This document shows positions 15,326 through 15,778 of a stretch of 15,778 nt of DNA, one piece after another (position 1 is the first letter of the stretch; each line of letters starts with the position of its first letter). The DNA is from an uncultured bacterium (GTDB taxonomy: Bacteria > Abyssobacteria > SURF-5), in assembly GCA_964510165.1 (NCBI GenBank), contig CAZEBC010000004.1:1-15778 (forward strand), given 5' to 3'. Both the position numbers and the translations under genes were made by a program. The notes under the pieces are model-generated. The model saw nothing but the letters and a program-made list of their open reading frames with translations, was not told where the DNA came from and made no database searches.

Positions 15326-15778
15326 CTAGACGTTCTCCTTTGTCTCCGGTGACTGCCGCTCGTGCTCGCATTCCTCGTGTGCGCCGGGGGTGGCGTCCGG
15401 GCAGCAGTCAGTTCCGGCCGAGTCATGTCCCTCGTGAGTGCATGTTGATGACATGCTCGGCGCTGTAATACGCACCGATCGGCTTTGGCCGTTGGGCAGC
15501 TTGAAGACAAGTTCCGCCTGGTTCTCGTTGACGGCAACCAGCTTGTGCGCCGAATCAAGCAGCACGGCGTTCAACGAGCCGTCGCCTGCCGGGGTCAGGT
15601 AGAGATACAGGTCACCGACCTTCACGAGATGCACATCGGCTGCGCCGGCTTCGTGCGAGTGGGCCGCTTTCCCGGAGGCGTTCCCGCCCGCTATCGCCCG
15701 TTGAGCCAATGGCGTACCCAGAATGAATACGGCAATCCCTATCGCCGCAAAAATCCAGTTTCTTGTCTTGGCGCTCAT
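15326..15778 (-). CDS. secreted His/Cys-rich hypothetical protein, possibly metal-binding
   Basis: 150 aa with a signal-peptide-like N-terminus (basic, hydrophobic, ending AIA), HSHE motif, a beta-rich core and a CTHEGH..DCC..HEECEH tail. The ATG is at the window edge, so the start and RBS cannot be verified. Confidence 0.7.
   Translation of the reverse strand: MSAKTRNWIFAAIGIAVFILGTPLAQRAIAGGNASGKAAHSHEAGAADVHLVKVGDLYLYLTPAGDGSLNAVLLDSAHKLVAVNENQAELVFKLPNGQSRSVRITAPSMSSTCTHEGHDSAGTDCCPDATPGAHEECEHERQSPETKENV

Overview
GC-rich bacterial chromosomal window with metabolic genes and many small repeats. On the minus strand at the left are a PLP-dependent class I/II aminotransferase (absent from the ORF track because it runs off the window edge), a GT-C/DUF2142-like multi-pass membrane protein, and two 2-hydroxyacyl-CoA dehydratase (HgdA/HgdB-type) subunits with no activator ATPase in the window. 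Divergent from these, behind a near-consensus sigma70 promoter, is an alpha-glucan operon: GH57 amylopullulanase-like enzyme, DUF4912 protein, and GH57 branching enzyme. Next is a ~620 bp intergenic zone holding a nucleotidyltransferase (MNT-like) gene stump, GTAG-type REP doublets and a 98-bp MITE-like element nested in another palindromic repeat. The right part has an MFS transporter, a secreted PQQ-dependent sugar dehydrogenase with an extra C-terminal domain, a TPR membrane-protein pseudogene (nonsense plus frameshift) and a secreted His/Cys-rich protein. No rRNA, tRNA, CRISPR array or transposase was seen. All family calls come from motif recognition by eye, not database searches.
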